The position numbers and the translations under genes were made by a program. The notes beneath the pieces were generated by a model. That model made no database searches. It was not told the origin of the DNA and saw only the letters and a program-made list of their open reading frames with translations. From an uncultured Fibrobacterota bacterium (GTDB lineage: Bacteria > Fibrobacterota > Chitinivibrionia > Chitinivibrionales > FEN-1185), in NCBI GenBank assembly GCA_963753345.1, contig CAVWBU010000015.1, forward strand, positions 96,001 to 160,000: a DNA stretch of 64,000 nucleotides, in the 5' to 3' direction. Below are positions 28,550 through 38,527 of this stretch, piece by piece (positions within the stretch are counted from its first letter, which is position 1; every line of letters starts with the position of its first letter).

Positions 28550-29641
28550 CTAGGGCACAAGGTGCCTGAACGCGCCGTCCCGTGCTCCCACCACGTAAAC
28601 GCCGGACGGAAGGCGCGCCAGGGCAGCGGAAAGGGACGAGTGTGCCGGAACGTCAAGCGCACAGGCAAGTCTGCCGTCCAGATGATAAAGACGCAGGCGC
28701 CCATTGACAATACGCGAAGCAGCATGCACGGCGGGCGTCTGGACCTGCAGACCGATATCCGATGCGGAAACAAACACCGGGGCGGCGACGAGAATATCGT
28801 CGCTGGTCGCGCTCACGCCCAGGGAAACTTTGTACGCGCCCGTGTCTTTTGCAATGAGCACCTGGCCGGTGCCCCCCGAAACAGCAGCCACCGGAATTCC
28901 CTGACAGTACCATTGGTACAGCGACGCTCCAGCCGGCGCCTCAAGCCTGTTCTTCTGCTTAACGATCTTGAGCGTGTCGCCCATGAGCATCCCGTACACT
29001 TTCTGGGCCAATTTCAGGTAGCCGGCGGCGGTCGGATGAATGCCGTCTGCAAACAGACCGGGTTGGCCGCTCATCCAGGTGAAAAGATCAATGAGCGGGA
29101 TTCCTTTTGCGAGAGCAACGGTCTTGATTTTCGGCAAAATCTGGTAGTGAATCACCATGCTGTCGATAAAAAGGATCGAGCTATACGCGGGCAGCGGATA
29201 GCATGCCCACACCTTGGGGTTGGAAGAAATGGCGGCGAACGTGTCGACCATTGCCTCGTAATCGCCCACGAATTCGTCCTGGTGGGACGGCCAGTTGTCA
29301 ACCCCGCCGCTCGACTTTGAATCGTTGGTGCCGAGTTCGATGATCACGATTTTCGGCAGAAAGGCCATGGCGGCGGCAAATTCCGTGACGCCGAATGTCC
29401 AGTAGGGCTTGTTGCCGTTCTTGAGCATGGTGGCGCCGGCAACCCCGCAGTTGAGCACGTTGTATCCGGGACCAAGCATCTGCCCGAGCCGCGCCGGATA
29501 GCTCGCGGTGTCGCGGCCGGCCAGCCCGGTGCCGTCGGTTATGCTGTTGCCCACGCACGAGACATGGATGGTGTCGGCCGCGTGGGCGGAAAAGCCGGCG
29601 CAGAAGAAAAGAAAGGTGAGCGCAATAGCGAAGGTTTTCAT
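28550..29641 (-). CDS. Secreted SGNH/GDSL esterase with T9SS-like C-terminal domain
   Basis: CVGNSITDG, LGTNDSK, DGIHP; signal peptide; C-terminal YHLDGR..PSGVYVV. Confidence 0.88.
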   Translation of the reverse strand: MKTFAIALTFLFFCAGFSAHAADTIHVSCVGNSITDGTGLAGRDTASYPARLGQMLGPGYNVLNCGVAGATMLKNGNKPYWTFGVTEFAAAMAFLPKIVIIELGTNDSKSSGGVDNWPSHQDEFVGDYEAMVDTFAAISSNPKVWACYPLPAYSSILFIDSMVIHYQILPKIKTVALAKGIPLIDLFTWMSGQPGLFADGIHPTAAGYLKLAQKVYGMLMGDTLKIVKQKNRLEAPAGASLYQWYCQGIPVAAVSGGTGQVLIAKDTGAYKVSLGVSATSDDILVAAPVFVSASDIGLQVQTPAVHAASRIVNGRLRLYHLDGRLACALDVPAHSSLSAALARLPSGVYVVGARDGAFRHLVP

Positions 29642-29863
29642 AGACGAGTTACCTTGTAAATAGTATAACAAGAAACCGGCTTGGGTGCATGAGATTTTTT
29701 CTATGCCTTGGCTGAGCTTGATATTTTTTTCAAAGGAAAGGGGAACGCCCAATTTTTTTATTATTCTTTTATCCTTCTCTCGTACTTCCTCATAATTCCC
29801 TAACCAAGAAATACTATTTTAGAAAGCTCGCCAACCATGCACTGTCATCGATCGGAGGCGTTT

Positions 29864-30541
29864 GTGAACATCATCGAAACGCGCGCGCTCACCAAGGACT
29901 ACCCCTTGGGGAACACCACGGTGCACGCTTTGCGGGGGATAGACCTTGCCATCGAGAAAGGCGATTTCCTCAGCATCGTGGGCCCGTCGGGAAGCGGCAA
30001 GACCACGCTGCTCAACATCATCGGCTGCATCGATTTTGCCACGAAAGGCAGCGTGCGCGTGGGCGACCGGGAGATCACGTCGCTTGACGACCGGCAAATC
30101 ACCGACATGCGGCTGCACAAGATCGGATTTATCTTCCAGACGTTCAACCTGATTCCGGTGCTCAATGCCCTCGAAAATGTGGAGTTTCCGCTCCTTCTCA
30201 TGAAGAACCGTTCAAAGGCAGACGTAAAGAAGAAAGCCGAAACGCTGCTTGACGAAGTGGGACTCAAGGACTATGGTAGGCACAAGCCCGCCGAACTTTC
30301 GGGCGGCCAGCGCCAGCGGGTCGCCATCGCGCGCGCGCTCGTGACCAATCCGGACATCGTCCTTGCCGACGAGCCCACGGCCAACCTCGACTCGGTGACC
30401 GGCGCCTCGATCCTCGACGCGATGCGGGAAATGAACAAACGGGAGCACACCACCTTCATCTTCTCAACGCACGACGCGAACGTGCTCAAATACGCAAGCC
30501 ACGTGATAAAAATCAAGGACGGCTGCATAAGCAGGGACTAG
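29864..30541 (+). CDS. ABC transporter ATP-binding protein (LolD/MacB-like)
   Basis: GPSGSGKT, LSGGQRQRVAIARAL, ADEPTANLD; GTG start after GGAGG. Confidence 0.95.
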   Translation: MNIIETRALTKDYPLGNTTVHALRGIDLAIEKGDFLSIVGPSGSGKTTLLNIIGCIDFATKGSVRVGDREITSLDDRQITDMRLHKIGFIFQTFNLIPVLNALENVEFPLLLMKNRSKADVKKKAETLLDEVGLKDYGRHKPAELSGGQRQRVAIARALVTNPDIVLADEPTANLDSVTGASILDAMREMNKREHTTFIFSTHDANVLKYASHVIKIKDGCISRD

Positions 30542-30544
30542 GGA

Positions 30545-32077
30545 ATGGACCTTGTTCTCAAGATCGCATGGCGCAACATCATGCGCCACAGGGGCAAGAG
30601 CCTTGTCATCGGCTTGATGCTGTTCGTGGGTGCATTTATCATGACGGTAGGCAACGGTGTGGTGTCGGGAATGGACGCCGGCCTCAGGAAAACGATTGTC
30701 AACAGCTTCACGGGCGACATCGTCCTTATTTCGGACAAGCAGGAAAGCGACAACGTGTTGGATGTCTGGACCACATTCATGAACAAGCCCGTGGCGCCCG
30801 TTTACAATTACATCGACATTAAGAAAGAACTTGCTCGGCAGCCGTACATAGAACGCATTCTGCCGGCCGGAAAAAACCTTGCCATGGTGCTCAACGAGGA
30901 AGGCGGCATGCCGGGAAGCGCATATCTTGTCGGCATCGATTTCGCGCAATACGGCTCAATGTTTCCGGGCAATATCAACGTGGTTGAAGGCAGGCTTCCT
31001 GATAAAGGGGAACATGGAGCGGTTGTGCCGGTCTGGGCGCGCAAGGAATTCGAGGCCTACACCAGCATGTGGTTCCTTTCCGAAGGCCATACGCTCGACA
31101 CCGCCCTTCTCCCCAAGGAAGTGAAGCCCGACATCCCGTCCCTGTTGCCCAGGACCAGCGCCGTGCTTATGGGGTACAACGAAGACAATTCGACCACGGA
31201 TATCCGGCTCGACATCAAGGGTATCATCGAATACAAGGCGCTCAATTCGCTGTGGGGGAAGTTCGTGATTGTGGACATAGAATCGTATCGTCGTTGCTTC
31301 GGGTACTTTGCCGCGTCGGACAAGGTGGATCTATCGGACGACGAGAAAAGACTTTTTTCCATGAGCAGCGAGAATCTGGACGGTCTGTTCACCGCCGACG
31401 CAGTGACGGCCGGGGACCCCGGCGTTGCGCCGAAGAAGGCTGCACTAACACACCCGAAAGAGGTTGACAAAAAACCCTTAGATCTCGATGCGGGTGCCTA
31501 CAACCTGGTGTTCGTTCTCCTCAAGAAGGGGGAAAATCAGGCGCGGGCGCTTGCACGGCTTAATACGGTCCTCAAGGAGAAAAAGCTTGGCGTTCGCGCC
31601 GTCTCATGGAAGAAGGCGCTTGGCGTGGTGGGAAGCATGGCGACCTTGATAAAGGCAGCCCTGTTCATGTTTGTCATGTTTCTGTTCTTCGTGGTTATCA
31701 TCATCATCGTCAACACCCTGAGCATGGCGGCCATCGAGCGCACCGCCGAAATCGGCATGATGCGCGCCGTGGGCGCGAAAAAAGGCTTCATCTCAATGAT
31801 GTTTCTTGCCGAGACTTCCATGCTGTCGTTTGTGTTCGGCGGTGCAGGCATCATCATCGGCATTGTCGGGGTCAACGTTCTTGCACTGTTCAATATCACC
31901 AGCACAAACGACATGGTCCAGCTTCTGTTCGGCGGCGACACGTTTCATCCGCTGCTCACGGCGCTGGACATTCTGCTGTCCGTTGTCCAGCTGGCCATCG
32001 TGACGCTTATCGCGGTCGTGTATCCCGCGCGCGTTGCGCAAAGCATCACTCCGCTTGACGCGGTGGCGAGGGAGTAA
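30545..32077 (+). CDS. ABC transporter permease (FtsX/LolE-like)
   Basis: IAWRNI, ERTAEIGMMRAVG, C-terminal YPAR...PLDA. Confidence 0.9.
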   Translation: MDLVLKIAWRNIMRHRGKSLVIGLMLFVGAFIMTVGNGVVSGMDAGLRKTIVNSFTGDIVLISDKQESDNVLDVWTTFMNKPVAPVYNYIDIKKELARQPYIERILPAGKNLAMVLNEEGGMPGSAYLVGIDFAQYGSMFPGNINVVEGRLPDKGEHGAVVPVWARKEFEAYTSMWFLSEGHTLDTALLPKEVKPDIPSLLPRTSAVLMGYNEDNSTTDIRLDIKGIIEYKALNSLWGKFVIVDIESYRRCFGYFAASDKVDLSDDEKRLFSMSSENLDGLFTADAVTAGDPGVAPKKAALTHPKEVDKKPLDLDAGAYNLVFVLLKKGENQARALARLNTVLKEKKLGVRAVSWKKALGVVGSMATLIKAALFMFVMFLFFVVIIIIVNTLSMAAIERTAEIGMMRAVGAKKGFISMMFLAETSMLSFVFGGAGIIIGIVGVNVLALFNITSTNDMVQLLFGGDTFHPLLTALDILLSVVQLAIVTLIAVVYPARVAQSITPLDAVARE

Positions 32078-32085
32078 GGGTATTT

Positions 32086-33855
32086 ATGACCGCCATTCTC
32101 ACTGTCGCCCTGCGCAACCTCCTGCGCCAGAAACGACGCAGCATCCTTCTCGGCACTGCCATTGCCTTCGGCATGATGATCCTGGTTATCGCTCATTCGT
32201 TTTCGCACGGCATATCCGACGTTATCTTTAATAAGATCCTCAAGTACGCCTCGGGTCACATCAGCGTAGGTTTTTCCCAAAACGGCAACCTGTACCGCAT
32301 GCTGTTCAGCGACGGCGATCGGATGAAATCCATAGTGAAACGGGCCGTTCCCATAATCGCGAGCATGGAGGAAGGCATAGGAATAATTGCGCGCGCCGTT
32401 GGAAACGGCGCAAACGACAACGTGATCATGATCGGTATTGACCCCCGCGGGAGAGGAAGCGAGGAGGAACGGCGGGACGCCATGGAAAACTTTAGGATGC
32501 TCCAGGGGTCTTTCTTCGACCTCTCCCGCACCGACGTGGAAAACCCGATGCTGATTTCCGATTCCAAGGCGAAATCCCTCAACGTGAAGCTTGGGGACCT
32601 CGTGCGCGTCCGGTTTCAGGACGTTCACGGTCAGAACCAGGCGGGCCGGCTCACCGTTGTGGGGGTCTTCAAGCCGGCCAACGTCTTCATGGCCGCGCCA
32701 ATGTTCTTGCATATCAAGAACCTCAAGAGGCTCGCGGGGTACGGTCCGAACGACATCGGCCAGCTTTACATCATGCTCACCACCGACCCCAAGAGAAACG
32801 CGGTGCGGTATGCAGACTCCCTCTACAAGGCCATGGAACCGGGGCTGGCGGCTGCTGCCGGATCGCTGAGGTTTGCCGGAAAAGCCGTCTCTGCAATCGC
32901 GGTGGGATACAGGAACGACTCGCTCCTGCGGTCGGCGCTTGGCGGGCTGCTCAAGAGTGCCTCGGTCGCGCCGGGGAAAAAGGAATTTGCCAAAGACGGC
33001 GTTGTGCTCGGAGCAGACGCTGCCGCGTCGCTCGGCGTGCTTCCAGGCGACACCTGCACCTTCGTGTATCGTCCTAAGTACGAGGCCGCAGACATTGTGG
33101 AAAAACTGCCGGTAACGCAAGTCCTCGCTCCGTCGGCCCTTGTTCCCGGCACTATTGCGCTTGTCAACGAAAACAGGTTTTACGGTTTCTTTTACGACCA
33201 TTGGCCGCGTCCACTTGATTCCGACAGTGCAGTGCTGCCGCGAAAAGACAGCCCGCTGTACGCAGCGTTCGCGCCTGAATGGATCCTGCTCAAGCGCACC
33301 AAAACCACCGCGGAAATGCAGAAGCAGACGAGGGAGGTGGCCAAGTTGCGCACGCGCGCGTTTACGGTGAAGGTCCAGTCTATGTATGAAAGTGCAAGCA
33401 TGGTGGTGAACCTCGAATACGCTCTCAATTTCATTACGTTTGGCGCGGTGATGGTGCTGTTCTTCATCATCCTCATCGGGGTGGTCAATACGCTTCGCAT
33501 GACCATACGGGAACGCACGCGCGAGATCGGCACCATGCGCGCCATCGGCATGCAGAAGACTGATGTACGCAATTTGCTCCTTCTCGAAACGTATTTTCTC
33601 GCGCTGTTTTCAACGCTCACCGGCACGCTTGCCGCGTTCGGCGTCATGACAGCGCTTTCTTTTGTCAAAATAGATCCGCAGGATAACCCGCTGGGCATGA
33701 TCCTCGTGAACGGCCATCTCAACTTTGCACCCACCGTGGCGGGAACCGTGGGCTACCTGATTCTTATTCAGCTCATCGCCGTGGCCACGGCCTATTTCCC
33801 GGCGAGACGCGCGGCCAATCTTTCCGCTGCCGCGGCGTTCAGGCACTATGAGTGA
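32086..33855 (+). CDS. ABC transporter permease (FtsX/LolE-like)
   Basis: ALRNLLRQKRRS, ERTREIGTMRAIG, FPARRAA. Confidence 0.9.
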   Translation: MTAILTVALRNLLRQKRRSILLGTAIAFGMMILVIAHSFSHGISDVIFNKILKYASGHISVGFSQNGNLYRMLFSDGDRMKSIVKRAVPIIASMEEGIGIIARAVGNGANDNVIMIGIDPRGRGSEEERRDAMENFRMLQGSFFDLSRTDVENPMLISDSKAKSLNVKLGDLVRVRFQDVHGQNQAGRLTVVGVFKPANVFMAAPMFLHIKNLKRLAGYGPNDIGQLYIMLTTDPKRNAVRYADSLYKAMEPGLAAAAGSLRFAGKAVSAIAVGYRNDSLLRSALGGLLKSASVAPGKKEFAKDGVVLGADAAASLGVLPGDTCTFVYRPKYEAADIVEKLPVTQVLAPSALVPGTIALVNENRFYGFFYDHWPRPLDSDSAVLPRKDSPLYAAFAPEWILLKRTKTTAEMQKQTREVAKLRTRAFTVKVQSMYESASMVVNLEYALNFITFGAVMVLFFIILIGVVNTLRMTIRERTREIGTMRAIGMQKTDVRNLLLLETYFLALFSTLTGTLAAFGVMTALSFVKIDPQDNPLGMILVNGHLNFAPTVAGTVGYLILIQLIAVATAYFPARRAANLSAAAAFRHYE

Positions 33856-33870
33856 TCATGAGGGGGACTA

Positions 33871-34629
33871 TTGATGAAGAAGACGATGGTGATCTTGCTT
33901 GCACTGTGTCTGCCCACTGCCGCTGCGCCCACCATAGCCAGCCTGCTCGAAAAAATCGAGGCAAGCCACAAGATGATGTCCGACATTAAGGCCAGCGTCA
34001 CGCTCACGCAGCAGAAGTCCAACCAGGGGATCAAGCAGTTCAACGTGTTGTATTACCGCCGCGACGCCGACGATTCATATTTGATCATCATGACCGCACC
34101 GGAATCCGATAAGGGTAATGGCTACCTGCGCGTCGGCGACAATTTCTGGATGTACCGCGCAAACACCCGCACGTTCCAGCCTATCAACAGGGACGAGGGC
34201 ATTGCCGGCTCGAACGCCAAGGGTGAGGATTTCGAGCGCCGGCCGGTCACCGAATTGTACGAGGCGCTCAAGGATTCGTCGGGAAGGGAAACCGTGACCG
34301 AAGAGAAACTGGGCCAGATTCCCGTGTACGCGTTCGAGGTCAAGGCAAAGGTGAATGACGTGGACTATCCCAGAAAAAAATTCTGGGTACGCGTCGACAA
34401 TGCGTTCGTGCTCAAGGAGGAAGACTATTCGTCGTCGGGTACGCTCATGCAGACCGCTCGCTGTCTCAAGTACTCGATAATCAAAGGCCGTTGTATTCCG
34501 GTGGTGCAGGTGTACGTTGACGAATTCGAAAAAGGCAACATGACCAAGGTGGAAATCCGCGGTGTTTCCACGAAAAACCTCGATCGCCGTATATTTACAA
34601 AGGCGTATCTCGAAGACTTGAGCAAGTGA
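33871..34629 (+). CDS. Outer membrane lipoprotein-sorting (LolA-like) protein
   Basis: Signal peptide, APESDKGNGYL..NFWMY, IFTKAYL; follows the LolCDE-like genes. Confidence 0.75.
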   Translation: MMKKTMVILLALCLPTAAAPTIASLLEKIEASHKMMSDIKASVTLTQQKSNQGIKQFNVLYYRRDADDSYLIIMTAPESDKGNGYLRVGDNFWMYRANTRTFQPINRDEGIAGSNAKGEDFERRPVTELYEALKDSSGRETVTEEKLGQIPVYAFEVKAKVNDVDYPRKKFWVRVDNAFVLKEEDYSSSGTLMQTARCLKYSIIKGRCIPVVQVYVDEFEKGNMTKVEIRGVSTKNLDRRIFTKAYLEDLSK

Positions 34630-34793
34630 AAGCGTGTATTGGTGAACGCCTGAATCACCAAGCAGCATTTCGCCGGGGAGACATGCAGTGCACGGAGAAG
34701 AGATTCGGGCGTTGACAGTTGACGGTTGACGGCAAATCACCGACGTTTGAAAAAAGGTTTAAGCATTTCAATCTGTAATCTGGACTTTGGAAT

Positions 34794-35540
34794 ATGAATT
34801 TGTTTGACATTCTTGTCATCGCCCAGCTTTCCCTTGCCGCCATTGTCTTCATGTTCCTCATGTTTATCAACGCTCCCTACGGTCGGTACGTTCGGAAAGG
34901 GTGGGGGCCGGCAATTCCGGCCCGGTTCGCATGGATGACCATGGAATTCCCCGCATTCTTTGTGATTGCATTTCTGGTCATTGCGAATGCGGAAAAGGCT
35001 GGATTATTCGGCGTCCTGTTTCTTTTGATGTGGGAAGCGCATTATGTGTATCGCGTCTGGATATATCCGTTCTTAATCTCGTCTCCGAAAAAGCCGTTTC
35101 CGCTCGTGCTCGTGTTTTTTGCCATCTGTTTCAATACACTCAACGGCACCATAAATGGGGGCAGCCTCGTCGACATGGGCGCGTGGTACACGGCGCACCG
35201 GTGGGCCCTTGATCTTCACATGATTGTCGGATGTATTATGTTCGTTGCCGGGTTCGTCATTCATGCCCATTCCGATACACTGCTCCGGCATCTTCAACGC
35301 GGAGAATATGTCGTGCCTGGCGGCGGAATGTTCCGCTTTGTGTCAAGTCCGAATTACTTTGGAGAAATGGTCGAATGGACCGGATGGGCCGTGGCCACAT
35401 GGTCTGTGGCGGGCCTGGCGTTTGCTGTCTTCACAATTGCGAACCTGCTACCCCGAGCGGTGAGCAATCACCGCTGGTATCAAAAAACCTTTTCGGAATA
35501 TCCGGCCGATCGCAAAATCCTCATCCCGTTTCTCTGGTGA
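34794..35540 (+). CDS. Steroid 5-alpha-reductase family membrane protein
   Basis: APYGRY, AWMTMEFP, HYVYR, PGGGMFRFVSSPNYFGEMVEW, NLLPRAVSNHRWY. Confidence 0.88.
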   Translation: MNLFDILVIAQLSLAAIVFMFLMFINAPYGRYVRKGWGPAIPARFAWMTMEFPAFFVIAFLVIANAEKAGLFGVLFLLMWEAHYVYRVWIYPFLISSPKKPFPLVLVFFAICFNTLNGTINGGSLVDMGAWYTAHRWALDLHMIVGCIMFVAGFVIHAHSDTLLRHLQRGEYVVPGGGMFRFVSSPNYFGEMVEWTGWAVATWSVAGLAFAVFTIANLLPRAVSNHRWYQKTFSEYPADRKILIPFLW

Positions 35541-35558
35541 CGTGCCGAAAGGCCCGAC

Positions 35559-38069
35559 ATGCAACTGCCGATTTACAATTGCGCCAGCGACATTCTCGCG
35601 GCTTTGCGGGACAAGAAGCGCCTCATTGTTCGTGCACCCACCGGCTCGGGCAAGTCGACGCAGGTGCCGCAGATGATGTTGGATTCCGGGCTTTTCGACG
35701 GCCAGATCCTCGTATTGCAGCCGCGCAGGCTCGCTGCGCGCATGCTCGCGGCCCGCGTGGCCGAGGAACGGGGGAGCACCCTTGGCGCGGAGATCGGGTT
35801 CCAGACGCGGTTCGAGACGCTCGTGTCTCCGGAAACGCGCGTGCGATTCATCACCGAGGGGATCCTTCCGAGGATGCTCCTGTCGAACAGGAGTCTTTCA
35901 GGCGTGTCGGCCGTGGTGTTCGACGAATTCCACGAGCGAAGCCTTGCCACCGACGTCGGGCTTGCGCTTGCAAAGAACCTGCAGGCGTCATTACGGCCCG
36001 ATCTTTTCATCGCGGTAATGTCGGCTACCATGGACGTCTTGCCGGTTGCCGCCTTCCTGGGAAGTCCGGCGGTCGTCGAATCCGCGGGCCGCGTATTCCC
36101 CATAGACATCCGCTATTCATCGTCGATGCCGTCTGTAAAGACGCCGGTATGGGATATGGCCGCGTCCGCCGCCTCAAGTCTCATCGCGGCCGGCGCAGAA
36201 GGCGACATTCTTGTTTTCATGCCGGGCGCGTACGAGATCCGACGGACCGTGGAGGCAATCGGCCGGAGCGTGCGGTCGGAGAGCGCTGCGGTCATGCCGC
36301 TGTACGGCGATCTCCCCGCAGACCGCCAGCACTTGGTGATGGAACACTTGACACGAAGGAAGATCATCGTTGCCACGAACATCGCGGAAACGTCGCTTAC
36401 CATTCCGGGCGTGCGGCACGTCATCGACAGCGGGCTTGCTCGAATCAGCCGGCATGATCCCGGCCGCGGGTTCAATACGCTTTTCACCGAGCCGATAAGC
36501 ATGGATTCCGCTGACCAGCGCGCGGGCCGCGCGGGTCGCGAGGCGCCGGGCATATGCGTGCGGTTGTGGACGCAGGCGTATCAGGCGGGCCGGCCGCGGC
36601 GATCCGCGCCGGAGGTGGGGAGGGTTGATCTTGCGGAGACAGTCCTTCACCTTCGGATGACCGGCTATGGTTCGCCGCAGGAATTTCTCTGGTTTGAGAA
36701 ACCGCCCGAAGCCGCGCTGCAAGCGGCAAACGAACTGCTCGCACTTCTCGGGGCTTTCGATTCTTCCGGAGAAGTCACCGGTCTCGGAAGAGAAATGTCC
36801 GAGTTTCCCATGCATCCGAGGCTTTCGCGGCTGCTTCTTGAGGCGGGCAGACGGGGAGCGTCTCTGCTCGCGTCGTTTGCCGCCGCGCTCCTGTCGGAGC
36901 GTTCCGCGCTGGCCGGCAAGCCCGAGTATCCCGAGGAAGCGCACCGCCACGAGATCGCTTCCGACTTTTACGGACAGTACTGTCTTTTTGAAAAGGTCCG
37001 GCAGAGCTCTTTTGATCCGGCGATGTGTGCGAGGTATGCGGTAAACGCCGGGGCGGCGCGAAACATCCTGCGCACACAGGCCCTTTTTCTCCAGATGTGC
37101 AGGCGCAAGGGTCTGCATACGAGGGAGGCGGCCGACGCGCCGCTCGCGCTTGCGGAAAGCCTGCTTCTTGCGTATCCGGATCACCTTGCAGTCCGTAAAG
37201 ACAAAGGGACGCTCATCTGCAGGCTGCGCGAGGGTCGGCACGGCGAGCTTGCGAAAGACAGCCTTGCCCGCAGCGCTGAGTTCTTGGTTGCGGCCGAGAT
37301 CCGCGAAACCAAGGACCGCAAGCAGCAGCGCGCGACCGTTCTCTCGCTCGCCACCGAAATCCAGAGGGAATGGCTCACGACTCATTTTGCGGATAGGATG
37401 CGCGAGGATTCGGGCCTCGAATGGGACCCGGCAACTCAGTCCGTGGAACAGCGCGAGCGGGCATGGTGCCTCGATGTGTTGATAGATGAGAAAATGGTGC
37501 CGGTTGCCGATCCGGCCGCTGCCGGAGATCTGCTCGCGCATACCATTATTGAAAGGAATATGCCGTTGTCGAGCTGGAACAGTGAGGCTGATGATTTTGT
37601 CAACCGGGTCCGCTGGGTCGCCGAGAAGCTGCCGAACGAGGCATTGCCGCTCTTTGCAGAAGAAGACCGTAAGCTGGTGATTCACGCATTGTGCGAAGGG
37701 GAGCGACGGTACGAAAAAGTTAAGGACAAGCCTGTGTTGCCGTTTCTTTTGGAACTGTTGAGCGCAAAGCAACGGGGGCTGCTTGATTCATTCGCTCCGG
37801 CCGAGATAGAACTTCCCTCTGGCCGGCGCATGAGAATAACGTACGGGCCCGGAAAGCAGCCGCGCGGCCGCACGCGCATCCAGGACCTTTACGGAATGCG
37901 AAGCACCCCGGCCGTGGGCAACGGGAACGTGCCGGTCCTCATTGAAATTCTCGCGCCAAGCAACCGCCCCGTCCAGGTCACCGACGATCTGGAGAGTTTC
38001 TGGAAAGTCCATTACCCGGAAATCAAGAAGACTTTGTCAAGAAGGTATCCGAAGCATGAGTGGCGATAA
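35559..38069 (+). CDS. hrpB: ATP-dependent helicase HrpB
   Basis: APTGSGKST, QPRRLAAR, DEFHERS, MSAT, ATNIAETSLTI, QRAGRAGR, C-terminal RYPKHEW. Confidence 0.95.
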   Translation: MQLPIYNCASDILAALRDKKRLIVRAPTGSGKSTQVPQMMLDSGLFDGQILVLQPRRLAARMLAARVAEERGSTLGAEIGFQTRFETLVSPETRVRFITEGILPRMLLSNRSLSGVSAVVFDEFHERSLATDVGLALAKNLQASLRPDLFIAVMSATMDVLPVAAFLGSPAVVESAGRVFPIDIRYSSSMPSVKTPVWDMAASAASSLIAAGAEGDILVFMPGAYEIRRTVEAIGRSVRSESAAVMPLYGDLPADRQHLVMEHLTRRKIIVATNIAETSLTIPGVRHVIDSGLARISRHDPGRGFNTLFTEPISMDSADQRAGRAGREAPGICVRLWTQAYQAGRPRRSAPEVGRVDLAETVLHLRMTGYGSPQEFLWFEKPPEAALQAANELLALLGAFDSSGEVTGLGREMSEFPMHPRLSRLLLEAGRRGASLLASFAAALLSERSALAGKPEYPEEAHRHEIASDFYGQYCLFEKVRQSSFDPAMCARYAVNAGAARNILRTQALFLQMCRRKGLHTREAADAPLALAESLLLAYPDHLAVRKDKGTLICRLREGRHGELAKDSLARSAEFLVAAEIRETKDRKQQRATVLSLATEIQREWLTTHFADRMREDSGLEWDPATQSVEQRERAWCLDVLIDEKMVPVADPAAAGDLLAHTIIERNMPLSSWNSEADDFVNRVRWVAEKLPNEALPLFAEEDRKLVIHALCEGERRYEKVKDKPVLPFLLELLSAKQRGLLDSFAPAEIELPSGRRMRITYGPGKQPRGRTRIQDLYGMRSTPAVGNGNVPVLIEILAPSNRPVQVTDDLESFWKVHYPEIKKTLSRRYPKHEWR

Positions 38070-38094
38070 AGAGTTTCAATAATACTTAGAAAAA

Positions 38095-38513
38095 ATTGGG
38101 CGTTCCCCCAAATGCTCGCACGCATCGTGGTGCGTGCATTTGGGGTCGGTCTCCCTTCGGGCTCGGCCTTCGGCCTCGTTGCCGCTTGTCCCTACCGCCT
38201 TCGGCTAGGGATCACGCGGCAATTCGCTCTAGCTCATCCTCCGGTCCACCTAACGCGCGGCAACGGAATTCTATTAAGTCAATCATTTTGTCTGGCGCCA
38301 ATCGGCATCCACAATATATCAGTAAGGATTTTTCTTGCATTTTCTACTTTTCAACTACTCTCCGTGGGTGCCCCCCAACCGAAGCATCTTTCTTGCAAAT
38401 AAACTTCCTTGGGGGCCACCCAGGAGGGGGTAGCGGAGGACCGGCCGCGTTATTGTAGGTTTGGACAATTGAAAAATGCGGCCGGGCCGGAGCGAGGGGG
38501 AAACTTCCCCCTC
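38095..38513 (-). repeat. Bipartite structured intergenic element, copy E8 (A 38357-38513, B 38095-38303)
   Basis: Reverse complement has all conserved A and B blocks; directly downstream of hisG. Confidence 0.9.
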
Positions 38514-38527
38514 CTAGAGGTATTCTA

